A stretch of 64,000 nt of DNA from an uncultured Actinomycetota bacterium (lineage in GTDB: Bacteria > Actinomycetota > Actinomycetes > JAHEKZ01): NCBI GenBank assembly GCA_963743915.1, contig CAVURN010000002.1, forward strand, positions 416,001-480,000, written 5' to 3'. The position numbers were made by a program, and so were the translations under genes. Below are positions 11,255 to 21,764 of the stretch, piece after piece (positions within the stretch are counted from its first letter, which is position 1; each line of letters opens with the position of its first letter). The notes under the pieces were generated by a model, which saw only the letters and a program-made list of their open reading frames with translations, was not told the origin of the DNA and did no database searches.

Positions 11255-11968
11255 CTACCCGACCGGAGGCCGGTACCCGAGGACCGCGCTGCCCAGTCGC
11301 ACCTGTGTCGCGCCGTGCCGGACGGCGGCCTCCAGGTCGGCCGACATGCCGGCGGAGACCACGGTGGCGGCCGGATGCTCGGCGGTCACCTCGGCCGCGA
11401 TCTCGGCCAGGCGGGCGAAGGCGGGGTCGGGGTCGGAGTCCAGCGGCGCGACGGCCATCACCCCACGAAGCGTCAACCCCGGCGCCTCGGCCACGGCGGT
11501 CGCCAGCCCGGGGACGTCCTGCGGTGCCGCTCCTCCCCGGCCCGGGCGGTCGTCCAGGCACACCTGCACCAGCACCTCGAGGGGTCGGCCGGTCGACTCC
11601 ACGGCGTGGCTCAGTGCCCGGACCAGCTTCGGGCGGTCGACCGACTCGACCATGTGCGCGTACTGCGCCACCGAACGCGCCTTGTTGCTCTGCAGCTGTC
11701 CGATGAAATGCCACACCAGCGACAGGTCAGCGACCGCCTCCGCCTTGGGTCGGGCCTCCTGGTCGCGGTTCTCCCCGACGTGACGCACCCCGAGGTCGGC
11801 GAGCGTCACCAGGTCGGAGACCGGGAAGGTCTTCGTGACGACGACCAGGTCGACACTTCCGGGCGCTCGCCCGGCGGCCCGCTCAGCGGCTGCGATGCGG
11901 GCACGGGCGGACGCCAGGCCCGCCTCGATCTCGGCCCGACGGGCATCGCTCGCGCGTGGGAGGGTCAC
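11255..11968 (-). CDS. yggS: PLP homeostasis protein YggS/YlmE
   Basis: VTKT, GENRDQE, WHFIGQLQSNK, SAGMSAD, GATQVRLG. Confidence 0.93.
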   Translation of the reverse strand: MTLPRASDARRAEIEAGLASARARIAAAERAAGRAPGSVDLVVVTKTFPVSDLVTLADLGVRHVGENRDQEARPKAEAVADLSLVWHFIGQLQSNKARSVAQYAHMVESVDRPKLVRALSHAVESTGRPLEVLVQVCLDDRPGRGGAAPQDVPGLATAVAEAPGLTLRGVMAVAPLDSDPDPAFARLAEIAAEVTAEHPAATVVSAGMSADLEAAVRHGATQVRLGSAVLGYRPPVG

Positions 11969-11972
11969 CCGG

Positions 11973-13145
11973 CTACTTCAGGAAGTCGGGGACATCCAGG
12001 TCGTCACTGGTCGCGTCGTCGAAGACGATGGTGCGAGGGGCCTTGCGCTCGGGAAGCTCGATGTACTGGTCGGCCTCGCTCTCGGTGCCCTCGGAGGCCG
12101 CGGGAGAGTCGGCCGTCGGACTGGCCGCGGTCGCAACGGTCTCGGTGTCGGGGACCGGGACCTCCTCGACGCGACGCCCCACGCGCGGCTTGCCGGGCTG
12201 GCCGCCGTCGAAGCCGGCCGCGATGACGGTGACCCGCACCTCGTCGCCCAGGGCGTCGTCGATGACCGCGCCGAAGATGATGTTTGCCTCGGGGTGGGCC
12301 GACTCGGCCACCATCCGAGCCGCCTCGTTGATCTCGAACAGCCCCAGGTCGGATCCGCCCGACACCGACAGCAGCACGCCGCGAGCGCCGTCGATGGAGG
12401 CCTCGAGCAGCGGGCTGGAGATCGCTGTCTCTGCGGCCGCGACCGCACGGTCGTCGCCACGCGCGTTCCCGATCCCCATGAGCGCGGTGCCCGCACCCTG
12501 CATGACCGACTTCACGTCGGCGAAGTCGAGGTTGATGAGTCCCGGGGTGGTGATGAGGTCGGTGATCCCCTGGACCCCCGACATCAGGACGTGGTCCGCG
12601 GACTTGAACGCGTCGAGCACGCTCACGGCGCGGTCGCTGATCGACAGCAGCCGGTCGTTCGGGATGACGATGAGGGTGTCGACCTCGGCGCGCAGCTCCT
12701 CGATTCCGACCTCGGCCTGCTGGGCACGGCGACGTCCTTCGAACCCGAACGGTCGGGTGACGACGCCGATGGTGAGTGCACCGAGCCCACGCGCGACCTC
12801 GGCGACGACCGGCGCACCGCCGGTGCCGGTGCCGCCGCCCTCACCCGCGGTGACGAAGACCATGTCGGCGCCCTTGAGAACCTCTTCGATCTCGGCGCGG
12901 TGGTCCTCGGACGCCTTGCGTCCCACCTCGGGATCGGCCCCGGCTCCGAGCCCACGTGTGAGCTCGCGGCCGATGTCGAGCTTGACGTCGGCATCGCTCA
13001 TCAGCAGTGCCTGGGCGTCGGTGTTGATGGCGATGAACTCCACGCCCTTCAGGCCCACCTCGATCATCCGGTTGATGGCGTTGACGCCACCACCACCGAT
13101 GCCCACGACCTTGATGACGGCCAGATAGTTCTGTGGAGCTGCCAT
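11973..13145 (-). CDS. ftsZ: Cell division protein FtsZ
   Basis: GGGGVNA, GGGTGTG tubulin signature, C-terminal DVPDFLK. Confidence 0.99.
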   Translation of the reverse strand: MAAPQNYLAVIKVVGIGGGGVNAINRMIEVGLKGVEFIAINTDAQALLMSDADVKLDIGRELTRGLGAGADPEVGRKASEDHRAEIEEVLKGADMVFVTAGEGGGTGTGGAPVVAEVARGLGALTIGVVTRPFGFEGRRRAQQAEVGIEELRAEVDTLIVIPNDRLLSISDRAVSVLDAFKSADHVLMSGVQGITDLITTPGLINLDFADVKSVMQGAGTALMGIGNARGDDRAVAAAETAISSPLLEASIDGARGVLLSVSGGSDLGLFEINEAARMVAESAHPEANIIFGAVIDDALGDEVRVTVIAAGFDGGQPGKPRVGRRVEEVPVPDTETVATAASPTADSPAASEGTESEADQYIELPERKAPRTIVFDDATSDDLDVPDFLK

Positions 13146-13234
13146 CTCAACAAACGCCTCTCTCGTGCGGCGTCCGTCGGACGCCTCCCACTCGACTGAC
13201 TCGACCCGGGCCCCGGTAGCTCCGGTCGGCGCCG

Positions 13235-13283
13235 AACTCTCACCCTCTAGTAGACCTCTAACGTTATGTCAACTTCAGGCTTG
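13235..13283 (-). promoter_or_regulatory. ftsZ promoter/operator region
   Basis: AT-rich TTGACATAACGTTAGAGGTCTACTAGAGGGTGAGAGTT with TTGACA at 13272-13267; resembles the conserved actinobacterial ftsZ upstream element. Confidence 0.6.
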
Positions 13284-13349
13284 CGGAGCAACGTACGGGA
13301 GGGTCGTCGGCGCCGTCAACTTCCCCCGCTCCAGGCAGGGCCAGGGCGG

Positions 13350-14084
13350 TCAGGGAGCGAGTGCCGGGGCGTCCGGCGCGGACACGTCCACCCGGGTGAA
13401 GGCGCGCCCCCACTCCTGCCGCTCGCGCAGCAGCGTGACCACCGAGACCTTCTGCTCAGCGGATCCCGCGCTCCCCCACGTGACCACGACGCCGTCGTCG
13501 AAGAGCAGCCGCACGGTGCGCGCGTCGTCGGCCTCGATCCGGGTGACCGCACGCTGCAGCGCCCGGGGCAGCGCATCGGCCACGCCGAACACCGCCGCGC
13601 TGCCTTCGGTGTCGTAGGTGACCGACGCTCCGAGTGCGCCACTCACGCCGGCAAGCGCGGGGAGGTCACGCGGCACCTCGTCCTGTTCGCCATAGACGGT
13701 CCCGTCCGACCCGACCAGACCCACCCCGACGTCGAGCGGCACGAAGCCCACGGCCCGGCGCTCTCTCACCTGGATGCGCACGGCATCGGGCCACACCCGG
13801 GTCACGCTGGCGGAGGCCACGGCGTCGAGCGTCTCGATCCGCTGCTCGATCGTGTGGAGGGGCACGGACATCATGGGGGTGCCGTCGGGCACGCGGGCCG
13901 CCGCCAGCACCTGTTCGACCGACACCTGGTCGTTGCCGACGACCGAGACCTGCTCGACCTCGAAGAGGGGTGCGTAGCGCACGGCGCCGGCCAGGGCCGC
14001 GCCCAGCAGCAGCACCGCGACCGCCCAGACCCAGGGGCGACGTGCCCAGCCGGCGGCCACGTCGACGATGGCGTGGGCGTTCAC
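13350..14084 (-). CDS. ftsQ: Cell division protein FtsQ
   Basis: Single TM, POTRA (VSVVGN...RVWPDAVRIQVRER), VTWGS, DVSAP; between murC and ftsZ. Confidence 0.88.
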   Translation of the reverse strand: MNAHAIVDVAAGWARRPWVWAVAVLLLGAALAGAVRYAPLFEVEQVSVVGNDQVSVEQVLAAARVPDGTPMMSVPLHTIEQRIETLDAVASASVTRVWPDAVRIQVRERRAVGFVPLDVGVGLVGSDGTVYGEQDEVPRDLPALAGVSGALGASVTYDTEGSAAVFGVADALPRALQRAVTRIEADDARTVRLLFDDGVVVTWGSAGSAEQKVSVVTLLRERQEWGRAFTRVDVSAPDAPALAP

Positions 14085-15505
14085 CGTTGCTCCTCACGGT
14101 GGCGGAGCAGCTCGACGATCTCCGGGCCGAGGGTCGTCACGATGCCGTCGCCCAGCGTCAGCACGATGTCTCCCGGTCGGGTCCGGTCGACCAGCCACCG
14201 GGGTACCGCCGAGAACGAGGGCTCGAACGCGACGTGCTCGCCGCCCAGCGGCACGGCAGCGGCGACCAGCGCGCCGGTGGCACCGGGGATGGGCTCCTCG
14301 TTCGACCCGTAGACCTCCATCACCAGCACCTCGTCGGCCAGACCCAGCGCCTCGCCGAGCTCGCGGTGGAACTGCAGCGTCCGCGTGAAGCGCAGGGGCT
14401 GGAACGCCACCACGAGCCGCCCCGACCCCACGATCTGGCGCGCCGCGGTGAGGGTTGCCCGCAGCTCGGTGTGGTGGTGGGCGTAGTCGTCGTACACCCG
14501 GACGCCGTCGGCCTCGCCCTTGAGCTCGAAGCGGCGCCTGGCACCGGTGTAGAGCGCCAGGCCCTCGACCGCCTCACCGACACCGACTCCGACCTCCAGT
14601 GCGACGCTCAGCGCTCCCGCAGCGTTGAGGACGTTGTGCATGCCCAGCACCTTCAGCGAGACGTCGGGCAGCCGACGACCCTTGACGACCGGGCGGAACC
14701 AGGCACCGGTGGCATCCAGCGCGACGTCGGTGATCCGGACGTCGGCGGAGGCGGCAGCGCCGTAGGTGACGACCCGTCGTCCGATCTGCTGGGCGTAGGT
14801 CGCGATCGAAGCGGCACCGGGGTCGTCACCGCACGCGATGACGACACCGCGCGGCGGGACTCCGTCGGCGAACCGACGGAAGCCGGCATGCACGGCGTCC
14901 TCATCACCCCAGTAGTCGAGGTGGTCGCCCTCGACGTTGGTGACGACCGCGATCTCCGGCTCGAGCACCAGGAAGGAGCCGTCACTCTCGTCGGACTCGG
15001 CGAGGAACACGTCCCCCGACCCGGCGTGGGCGTTGGTGCCGGTCTCGTTGAGCTGGGCCCCGATGTAGAACGAGGGGTCAGCCCCTGCGTGCTGCAGGGC
15101 GACAGCCGCCATGGAGGTCGTGGTGGTCTTGCCGTGGGTGCCGGCGACGACCACGGAGCGACGTCCCTTCATGCAGTAGGCCAGGGCCTCGGCGCGGTGC
15201 AGCACCCTCACCCCACGCTCGCGAGCCGCGAGCAGCTCGGGGTTGGACTCGCCGATCGCCGTCGACACGATCACGGTGTCGACGTCGGGCAGCGAGCCGA
15301 GGCTCTGCCCGATGTGGACGGACGCCCCCACGGCACGGAGCGACGCCACGATGCGCGACTCCCGCAGTTCGCTCCCCGTCACCGGGACGCCGCGCGCGCA
15401 CAGCATGCGCGTGAGCGCGGACATGCCGGCCCCGGCCACGCCGATCAGGTGCACCCGACCGAGCTCGGCCAGGGCACCCTGCTGGTCACGGCCGTCGCCC
15501 CTCAT
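14081..15505 (-). CDS. murC: UDP-MurNAc-amino acid ligase MurC (divergent substrate pocket)
   Basis: GAGMS, AGTHGKTTT, DESDGSF, DHLD, RRFE, DDYAHH. Confidence 0.93.
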   Translation of the reverse strand: MRGDGRDQQGALAELGRVHLIGVAGAGMSALTRMLCARGVPVTGSELRESRIVASLRAVGASVHIGQSLGSLPDVDTVIVSTAIGESNPELLAARERGVRVLHRAEALAYCMKGRRSVVVAGTHGKTTTTSMAAVALQHAGADPSFYIGAQLNETGTNAHAGSGDVFLAESDESDGSFLVLEPEIAVVTNVEGDHLDYWGDEDAVHAGFRRFADGVPPRGVVIACGDDPGAASIATYAQQIGRRVVTYGAAASADVRITDVALDATGAWFRPVVKGRRLPDVSLKVLGMHNVLNAAGALSVALEVGVGVGEAVEGLALYTGARRRFELKGEADGVRVYDDYAHHHTELRATLTAARQIVGSGRLVVAFQPLRFTRTLQFHRELGEALGLADEVLVMEVYGSNEEPIPGATGALVAAAVPLGGEHVAFEPSFSAVPRWLVDRTRPGDIVLTLGDGIVTTLGPEIVELLRHREEQR

Positions 15506-16614
15506 GTGCGCCCCGCTGCACGCAGCACCATGTCCGCGAGGCGCTCGTCGGCGTCACGCGCTCCGAGTGAGAGCGCCGCTGCGCTCATGTGGGCGAGCCG
15601 TCGATCGTCGCGCACGAGCTCACCCACCATCCGCCCGACCACGTCGACGGACAACGCGTCGTCGCGCACCACCATCGCCGCTCCGGCGTCGACCAGCGGA
15701 CGGGCGTTGACCTCCTGCTCCCCGTTGCTGTGCGGGTACGGCACGAAGACCGCGGGGAGCCCCACCGCCGACACCTCCGCACACGTCATCGCGCCGGACC
15801 GTCCGAGCACCAGGTCGGCGGCGGCGTAGGCAAGGTCCATGCGTTCGAGGTAGGGCAGCACGACGTAGGGCGGGTCGTCGAGCCGACGGTCGATCTCCAC
15901 GGTGTTCTGTGGGCCGGCTGCGTGCAGCACCTGCACACCGGCGTCGAGAAGCCGACGTGCCGCGCCCTGCACGGCCTCATTGATCGACCGCGCCCCTTGC
16001 GACCCACCGAACACGAGCAGCGTGGGACGTTCGGCGTCCAGCCCGAAGGCCAGCCGCGCCTTGGTGCGCAGGTGTGCGCGGTCGAGCGTCGCGATGCTGC
16101 GACGCAGCGGAATGCCCACCAGTGCCGCGTGCGCCAGCTGGTCGACGGTCCCCGGCACGCTCACGGCGACGTACGGGGTGAATCTGGCGCCGATCCGGTT
16201 CGCCACTCCGGGGCGTGCGTTCGCCTCGTGCACCACGTAGGGGACGCGCGCTCGTCGAGCGGCGAGATAGGCGGGCAGCGCCACGTACCCGCCGAAGCCC
16301 ACGACCACGTCGGGACGGTCCTGCGCGATCACCGCCGCCGTGGCCCGGACGGCGGCCCAGGTGCCGCCCGGCACCTGGAGCCAACCGCGCGGACCCGAGC
16401 GCGGCATGGTCACCTTCGGGATCATCCGGACCGGGACGCCGCGGGCGGGCATCAGGGTCGTCTCCAGACCCCTCTCGGTGCCGATGGCCGTGACCACCGT
16501 GTCGGGAAGACGCCGGAGGATGGCGTCAGCAAGGGCCAGGGCCGGCTCGACGTGTCCTGCGGTTCCGCCACCGGCGAGCAGGACGCGCAGCGGGCCAAGG
16601 TCGTCGCCGGTCAC
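15502..16614 (-). CDS. murG: MurG glycosyltransferase
   Basis: GGGTAGH, GFGGYV, HEAN, GGSQGA, RSGAMT; GTG start overlaps the ftsW stop. Confidence 0.94.
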   Translation of the reverse strand: MTGDDLGPLRVLLAGGGTAGHVEPALALADAILRRLPDTVVTAIGTERGLETTLMPARGVPVRMIPKVTMPRSGPRGWLQVPGGTWAAVRATAAVIAQDRPDVVVGFGGYVALPAYLAARRARVPYVVHEANARPGVANRIGARFTPYVAVSVPGTVDQLAHAALVGIPLRRSIATLDRAHLRTKARLAFGLDAERPTLLVFGGSQGARSINEAVQGAARRLLDAGVQVLHAAGPQNTVEIDRRLDDPPYVVLPYLERMDLAYAAADLVLGRSGAMTCAEVSAVGLPAVFVPYPHSNGEQEVNARPLVDAGAAMVVRDDALSVDVVGRMVGELVRDDRRLAHMSAAALSLGARDADERLADMVLRAAGRT

Positions 16615-17849
16615 CGTGCCCGGTTCCCGAGCAGCCGCAGCCGCATCCGGCGCGCGGTGCTGCGTCGGCGCAGGGCGGAGCGGGCCCCGGGAAGGTTTCG
16701 GGCGAAGGACAGCAGCATCCCGAGGGCGAACATGGTGGCCAGCAAGGCAGAGCCCCCGTAGGAGACCAGCGGCAGCGGCACACCGGTGATGGGCATGACG
16801 CTCAGCACGCCACCGATGTTGATGACCATCTGCACCCCGATCCACACGACGATGCCTCCTGCCGCGAAGCGGACGAACAGATCGTCGGTGACCAGCGCGA
16901 TCCGCAGCGCTCCGAGGATGAGAGCGCCGAAGAGGAGCAGCACGGTGATGGTGCCCACGAGCCCGAGCTCCTCGCCGATGATCGCGAAGATGAAGTCGGT
17001 GTGCGCCTCCGGCAGGGTGCCCCACTTCTCGCGACTGGCCCCCAGGCCCACTCCCCACCAGCCGCCGGAGGCAAGCGCGAACAGGCTGTGCGCCGCCTGC
17101 CATCCGGCGCCCTCATAGTCGGCGAACGGGTCCATGAAGGACTGAAGCCGGGACAAGCGTGCGCTGCGCTGGAACGTCATCAGGAGGATGACCGCCAGGG
17201 CAGGCGTCGCCAGCACGACGAAGAGCCGGAGCGGTGTGCCCGCGATGAAGAGCAGACCGGCGACGATGGCCATCAGGATCAGGGACGTGCCGAGGTCGCC
17301 GCCGAGCAGCACCAGTCCGATGACGATGGCCGCGACGGGAAGCAGGGGGACGAGCAGATGACGGTGCTGGTGCAGGAGTCGCCGCTTGCGGGTGAGCAGG
17401 TCAGCACCCCAGAGGACGAGCGCGAACTTCGCCGCCTCCGCGGGCTGCAGACGGAAGCCGCTCACCTCGATCCAGTTCTGGTTGCCGTTGACGCTCACCC
17501 CGATCCCGGGGACGAGCACCAGGACCAGCAGCACGACCGAGACCACCAGGACCGGGATCGCCAGGCGCCGGAACCACACCGTCGGGAGTCGACTGGCCAG
17601 GAACAGGACCGGGATGCCCATCGCGATCCAGACCGCCTGACGCTGGGCGACGGCCCACGACGAGCCGCTCGCGGCGTACGACTCGACGCTCGACGCGGAG
17701 AGCACCATGACCAGACCGAGGCCGGTGAGCATCACGGTGCTTCCGAGTACGAGGTAGTAGGGCGCAAGAGGCTTGGCCAACGCGGCGCGCACCGCGGCGG
17801 TGGCGTTCAGCCGGTCGTGTGTCGCCGGCGAAGGGGAAGTGACGGTCAT
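16611..17849 (-). CDS. ftsW: FtsW SEDS protein
   Basis: Multi-TM; LQPAEAAK, LPEAHTDFIFAIIGEELG, TGVPLPLVSYGGS. Confidence 0.95.
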   Translation of the reverse strand: MTVTSPSPATHDRLNATAAVRAALAKPLAPYYLVLGSTVMLTGLGLVMVLSASSVESYAASGSSWAVAQRQAVWIAMGIPVLFLASRLPTVWFRRLAIPVLVVSVVLLVLVLVPGIGVSVNGNQNWIEVSGFRLQPAEAAKFALVLWGADLLTRKRRLLHQHRHLLVPLLPVAAIVIGLVLLGGDLGTSLILMAIVAGLLFIAGTPLRLFVVLATPALAVILLMTFQRSARLSRLQSFMDPFADYEGAGWQAAHSLFALASGGWWGVGLGASREKWGTLPEAHTDFIFAIIGEELGLVGTITVLLLFGALILGALRIALVTDDLFVRFAAGGIVVWIGVQMVINIGGVLSVMPITGVPLPLVSYGGSALLATMFALGMLLSFARNLPGARSALRRRSTARRMRLRLLGNRAR

Positions 17850-17859
17850 CGCGGCCCTG

Positions 17860-19302
17860 TCAGCTCCGCAGCCGGGCGACCGCCTGGCTGAAGGCGCGGC
17901 CCCTGGCCCGGTAGTCGGTGAACTGGTCCATGGAGGCGCACGCCGGTGCGAGCAGCACCGTGTCGTCGGGCTCAGCGACGGCGACAGCCGCCCGCACGGC
18001 GTGGTCCATGGGGTCAGTCTCCCCGTCGGGGACCTCGAACACCGGGACCTCCGACGCGTGTCGCCGCACGGCGTCCGCGATCAGACCCCGGTCCTCTCCC
18101 ATGAGGACGACGGCACGCAAGCGTTCACGGTGACGGGCGACGAGGTCGTCGAACTGCCCGCCCTTGGCCAGTCCCCCCGCGATCCATACGACGTGCTCCT
18201 CTGCCGACAGAGCCACGTCGGCAGCATGCACGTTGGTCGCCTTCGAGTTGTTGACGAACCGAACGCCTCCGACGACAGCGACGAGCTCACCACGATGGTC
18301 GTCCAGTCGAAATGCGCCAAGACCAGCGACGACATCGGTGACGGCGACACCGTACGAGCGAGCGAGAGCCGTGGCCGCCAGGACGTTCTGGATGTTGTGC
18401 GCACCGGTGAGGTGCAGGTCCTTCACGGCGAGGATCTCGACCGCATGGGTCGCCCGCTCGGCCACGAACGCTCGGTCGACCAGCACGCCGTCGACGATCC
18501 CGAGCATCGCTCGGCCGGGGACACCGAGGGTGAACCCGACCGCCCGGCACCCCTCGACGACGTCAGCCTCTTCGGCCAGTCGCTCGGTCTCAGGCAGGTC
18601 GTGGTTGTAGACGATCGTGCGCTCGGTTCCCTGGTAGATCCTGGCCTTGGCGTCGACGTAGGCGGCACGCGAACCGTGCCAGTCCAGATGGTCGTCCGCG
18701 ATGTTGAGCAACGCCGACGAGTGGGCGTGGATCCCGGGGGTGAAGTGCAGCTGAAAGCTCGACAGCTCGACAGCGAGGACGTCGGGCAGCGGATCGCTGA
18801 ACACTGCCTCCACCACCGGAGTGCCGATGTTGCCCACGGCCATGCTCCGGTGACCCGCTGCCCGCAGGAGTGCGTCGAGAAGCTGCACGGTCGTCGTCTT
18901 GCCGTTGGTCCCGGTCACCGTGAGCCAGGGGACCCCGACCGGCCTGAGCTGCCATGCCAGCTGCTCGCTGCTCCAGACCACCGCGACCGCCGCGGAGGTG
19001 ATCCAAGTGTGGAGCGGCGGCAGCCCCGGTGACGGGACCAGCAGGTCGCCGACCACCCGGTGGTCCGGACCGACCCCGAGGCGGACAGTGGCGCCGAGCG
19101 CATCGAGCACCTGGGCCCGCTCCCGGAGCACCTCGTCGTCCCCCGCGTCGATCACGTGGACCTCGGCACCCACGCGCAGGAGTGCATCGGCCGCGGCGAA
19201 GCCGCTGCGGCCGAGTCCGGCGACCGTCGCCGTGACACCGGACCAGTCCGCGCCGCGATCGGCTGCCCGGAGCCACCGAACGACGGCAGCTGTGTCGGTC
19301 AC
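17860..19302 (-). CDS. murD: MurD ligase
   Basis: GLGRSG, TGTNGKTTT, ELSSFQL, DHLDWH, SKATN, LLAPACASMD. Confidence 0.94.
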   Translation of the reverse strand: MTDTAAVVRWLRAADRGADWSGVTATVAGLGRSGFAAADALLRVGAEVHVIDAGDDEVLRERAQVLDALGATVRLGVGPDHRVVGDLLVPSPGLPPLHTWITSAAVAVVWSSEQLAWQLRPVGVPWLTVTGTNGKTTTVQLLDALLRAAGHRSMAVGNIGTPVVEAVFSDPLPDVLAVELSSFQLHFTPGIHAHSSALLNIADDHLDWHGSRAAYVDAKARIYQGTERTIVYNHDLPETERLAEEADVVEGCRAVGFTLGVPGRAMLGIVDGVLVDRAFVAERATHAVEILAVKDLHLTGAHNIQNVLAATALARSYGVAVTDVVAGLGAFRLDDHRGELVAVVGGVRFVNNSKATNVHAADVALSAEEHVVWIAGGLAKGGQFDDLVARHRERLRAVVLMGEDRGLIADAVRRHASEVPVFEVPDGETDPMDHAVRAAVAVAEPDDTVLLAPACASMDQFTDYRARGRAFSQAVARLRS

Positions 19303-20381
19303 CCGACTCCGCCTCCGCCGAGCCATTCGGTGTAGAAGAGGACGAACCCGATGCCGGTGAAGAGGCCGGACACGATCCAGAAGCGCGTCACGATCTGGAC
19401 CTCCGGCCACCCCTTCAGCTCGAAGTGGTGCTGCAGCGGTGACATCAGGAACACCCGTCGGCCGGTGGTCTTGAAAGAGGCGACCTGGATGATCACCGAG
19501 GCCGTGATGACCACGAAGAGGCCCGCCAGCACCGGGAGCAGGAGCTCGGTCTGTGTGCAGATCGCGATACCGGCCATGGCCCCCCCGAGGGCGAGTGACC
19601 CGGTGTCGCCCATGAAGATCCGCGCCGGGGACGCATTCCACCAGAGGAACCCGAAGCAAGACCCCATGACGCCGGCTGCCACGACCGCCAGGTCGAGCGG
19701 ATTCCGCACCTCGTAGCAGTTGGGCAGGATCACCTCGAAGCAGCGCTGGTTGTACTGCCAGAGCCCGATCGTGACGTAGGCACCGAAGATCATCGATGCC
19801 GCTCCCGTCGCCAGGCCGTCCAGACCGTCGGTGATGTTCACGGCGTTGGACGTCGCGGCCACCATGAACCACACCCACACGACGTACGCGACGACCGGCA
19901 GGAAGATCCAGGTGTCGCGCACGAAGGAGATGTACTGCGTGGCGGGGGTGAGGTCGTCGGCGTTGGGAAACTGCAGGGCGAGCAGCGCGAAGGTGATGGC
20001 GACGACCGCCTGCCCGATGAGCTTGGTCTTCACGCGCAGTCCGGTGGAACGCTGCCGGAAGATCTTGATGTAGTCGTCGGCGAAGCCGACGGAGGCGAGA
20101 CCGACCATCAGGAACAGGACCAGCAGTGCGGACGCGCTGGGTCCGCTTCCGGCGTCGAGGTGCGCGGCGACATAGCTCAGCACCGTCCCGGCGACGATGA
20201 CCACGCCCCCCATCGAGGGAGTGCCCTTCTTGCCGGCGTGATCGGGCACCGCGTAGCCGAGCTCCTCGGAGTCGCGGATGGACTGCGCGTACCCGCGCGC
20301 CCGCAGCCACGATGCCCAGAGGGGGGTGGCGAACAAGCCGATCAGCAGACTGACGACGACGGCGACCAGGACGAGCCTCAT
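19299..20381 (-). CDS. mraY: MraY translocase
   Basis: KKGTPSMGG, DDYIK, NAVNITDGLDGL, FMGDTGS, PLQHHFE. Confidence 0.96.
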   Translation of the reverse strand: MRLVLVAVVVSLLIGLFATPLWASWLRARGYAQSIRDSEELGYAVPDHAGKKGTPSMGGVVIVAGTVLSYVAAHLDAGSGPSASALLVLFLMVGLASVGFADDYIKIFRQRSTGLRVKTKLIGQAVVAITFALLALQFPNADDLTPATQYISFVRDTWIFLPVVAYVVWVWFMVAATSNAVNITDGLDGLATGAASMIFGAYVTIGLWQYNQRCFEVILPNCYEVRNPLDLAVVAAGVMGSCFGFLWWNASPARIFMGDTGSLALGGAMAGIAICTQTELLLPVLAGLFVVITASVIIQVASFKTTGRRVFLMSPLQHHFELKGWPEVQIVTRFWIVSGLFTGIGFVLFYTEWLGGGGVG

Positions 20382-21764
20382 GCGTCGTCCCCCTCGAGCA
20401 GACCGGCAGCGACCACCTCGAGGCCGGCGGCACGGGACGCCTTGACCAGCACGACGTCGTCCGGCAGCACGTCACGTCTCAGCAGCTCGAGTGCCGACTG
20501 CGCATCAGGCACGTACATCGACTCCTGACCCCACGAACCCTCGAGGCCGGCAGCCAGGTGGATCGGCCGCGCACCCTCTCCGACGACGACCAACCGTTGC
20601 ACATCCAGGCGCACCGCGAGTCGTCCCACGGCGTCGTGTTCGGCAGCAGATTGCTCCCCCAGCTCGCGCATCTCGCCGAGGACGGCGAAACAGCGACGGC
20701 CCCCGGCGATCTGTTTGAGGGCTTTCAGTGCCGCCCGCACCGACTCCGGGCTGGCGTTGTACGCGTCGTTGATGACGACGAGGCCGTCGGAACGCTCGGT
20801 CACCTCCATCCGCCACCGACTCTGCGGCTCGGCCTGGGAGAGGGCAGCCGCCACGGTGCCGACGTCCATGCCCTGCGAGCGTCCCACCGCAGCTGCCGCG
20901 AGGGCATTGGGCACCGCGTGCTCCCCCACGTACCGGAGGGTCACCCGCGCCGTCCCCTCAGGGGTGCACAGGTCGAACGAGGGCCGGCCGGTCGAATCCA
21001 TCTCCAGCCGACGCGCCTGCACGTCTGCGTCGTCGGCCTGACCGAACAGCACCACGGACGCGTCGGTCCGTGCGGCCATGCTCCGCACGAGGGGGTCGTC
21101 GGCGTTCAGCACCGCGGTGCCCGATGCCGGGAGTGCCTCGACGAGCTCGGCCTTGGCGTCGGCGATCGCGGCCTGGCTGCCGAACTCGCCGACGTGAGCC
21201 TTGCCGACGACCAGCTCGACCCCGACCGTCGGCGGTGCCACACCGCACAGGTACTTCACGTGGCCCCGGCCCCGCGCTCCCATCTCCAGTACCAGGAAGG
21301 CGGTCTGCGCGTCAGCGGAGAGCACCGTGAGCGGAAGGCCCAGCTCGTTGTTGAACGACCCAGGAGGAGCGACGGTCGGTCCCGCGACGGAGAGGACCGC
21401 CGCGGTCAGGTCCTTCGCGGTCGTCTTGCCCACCGACCCGGTGATCCCGACGACGGTGGTGCGTTCGAGGCGGTCGACGTGGAACCGGGCCAGGGTGCCG
21501 AGCGCAGCCAGCACGTCGGGCACCACGATGGTCGGTGCCTCGGTCGTACGTGTGGCGAGCACCCCCACCGCGCCGGCAGCGACGGCGGCACCGACGTAGT
21601 CGTGTCCGTCGGCCCGCTCGCCGGCCAGGGCCACGAAGAGGCTCCCTGGGCGTACCTCCCGGGAGTCGGAACAGACGTGCGTGACGGTTCGCGCCAGCGG
21701 CGGCGGCGGGCACCACCTCGCTGCCCACCGCCGTGGCAAGCACCCGCATCTCGGTGGGAATCAC
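20378..21764 (-). CDS. murF: MurF ligase; frameshift near 21690
   Basis: DSRE, TGSVGKTT, FNNELGLP, LEMGA, NDAYNASP, LGEMRELG, KASR; N-terminus VIPTEMR lies in another frame. Confidence 0.92.

Noticed and set aside
17860-20475. 871-aa MurD and 533-aa MurG with long N-terminal extensions
   Set aside because: The extensions overlap mraY and ftsW in another frame; GTGA-coupled starts at 19302 and 16614 fit better.
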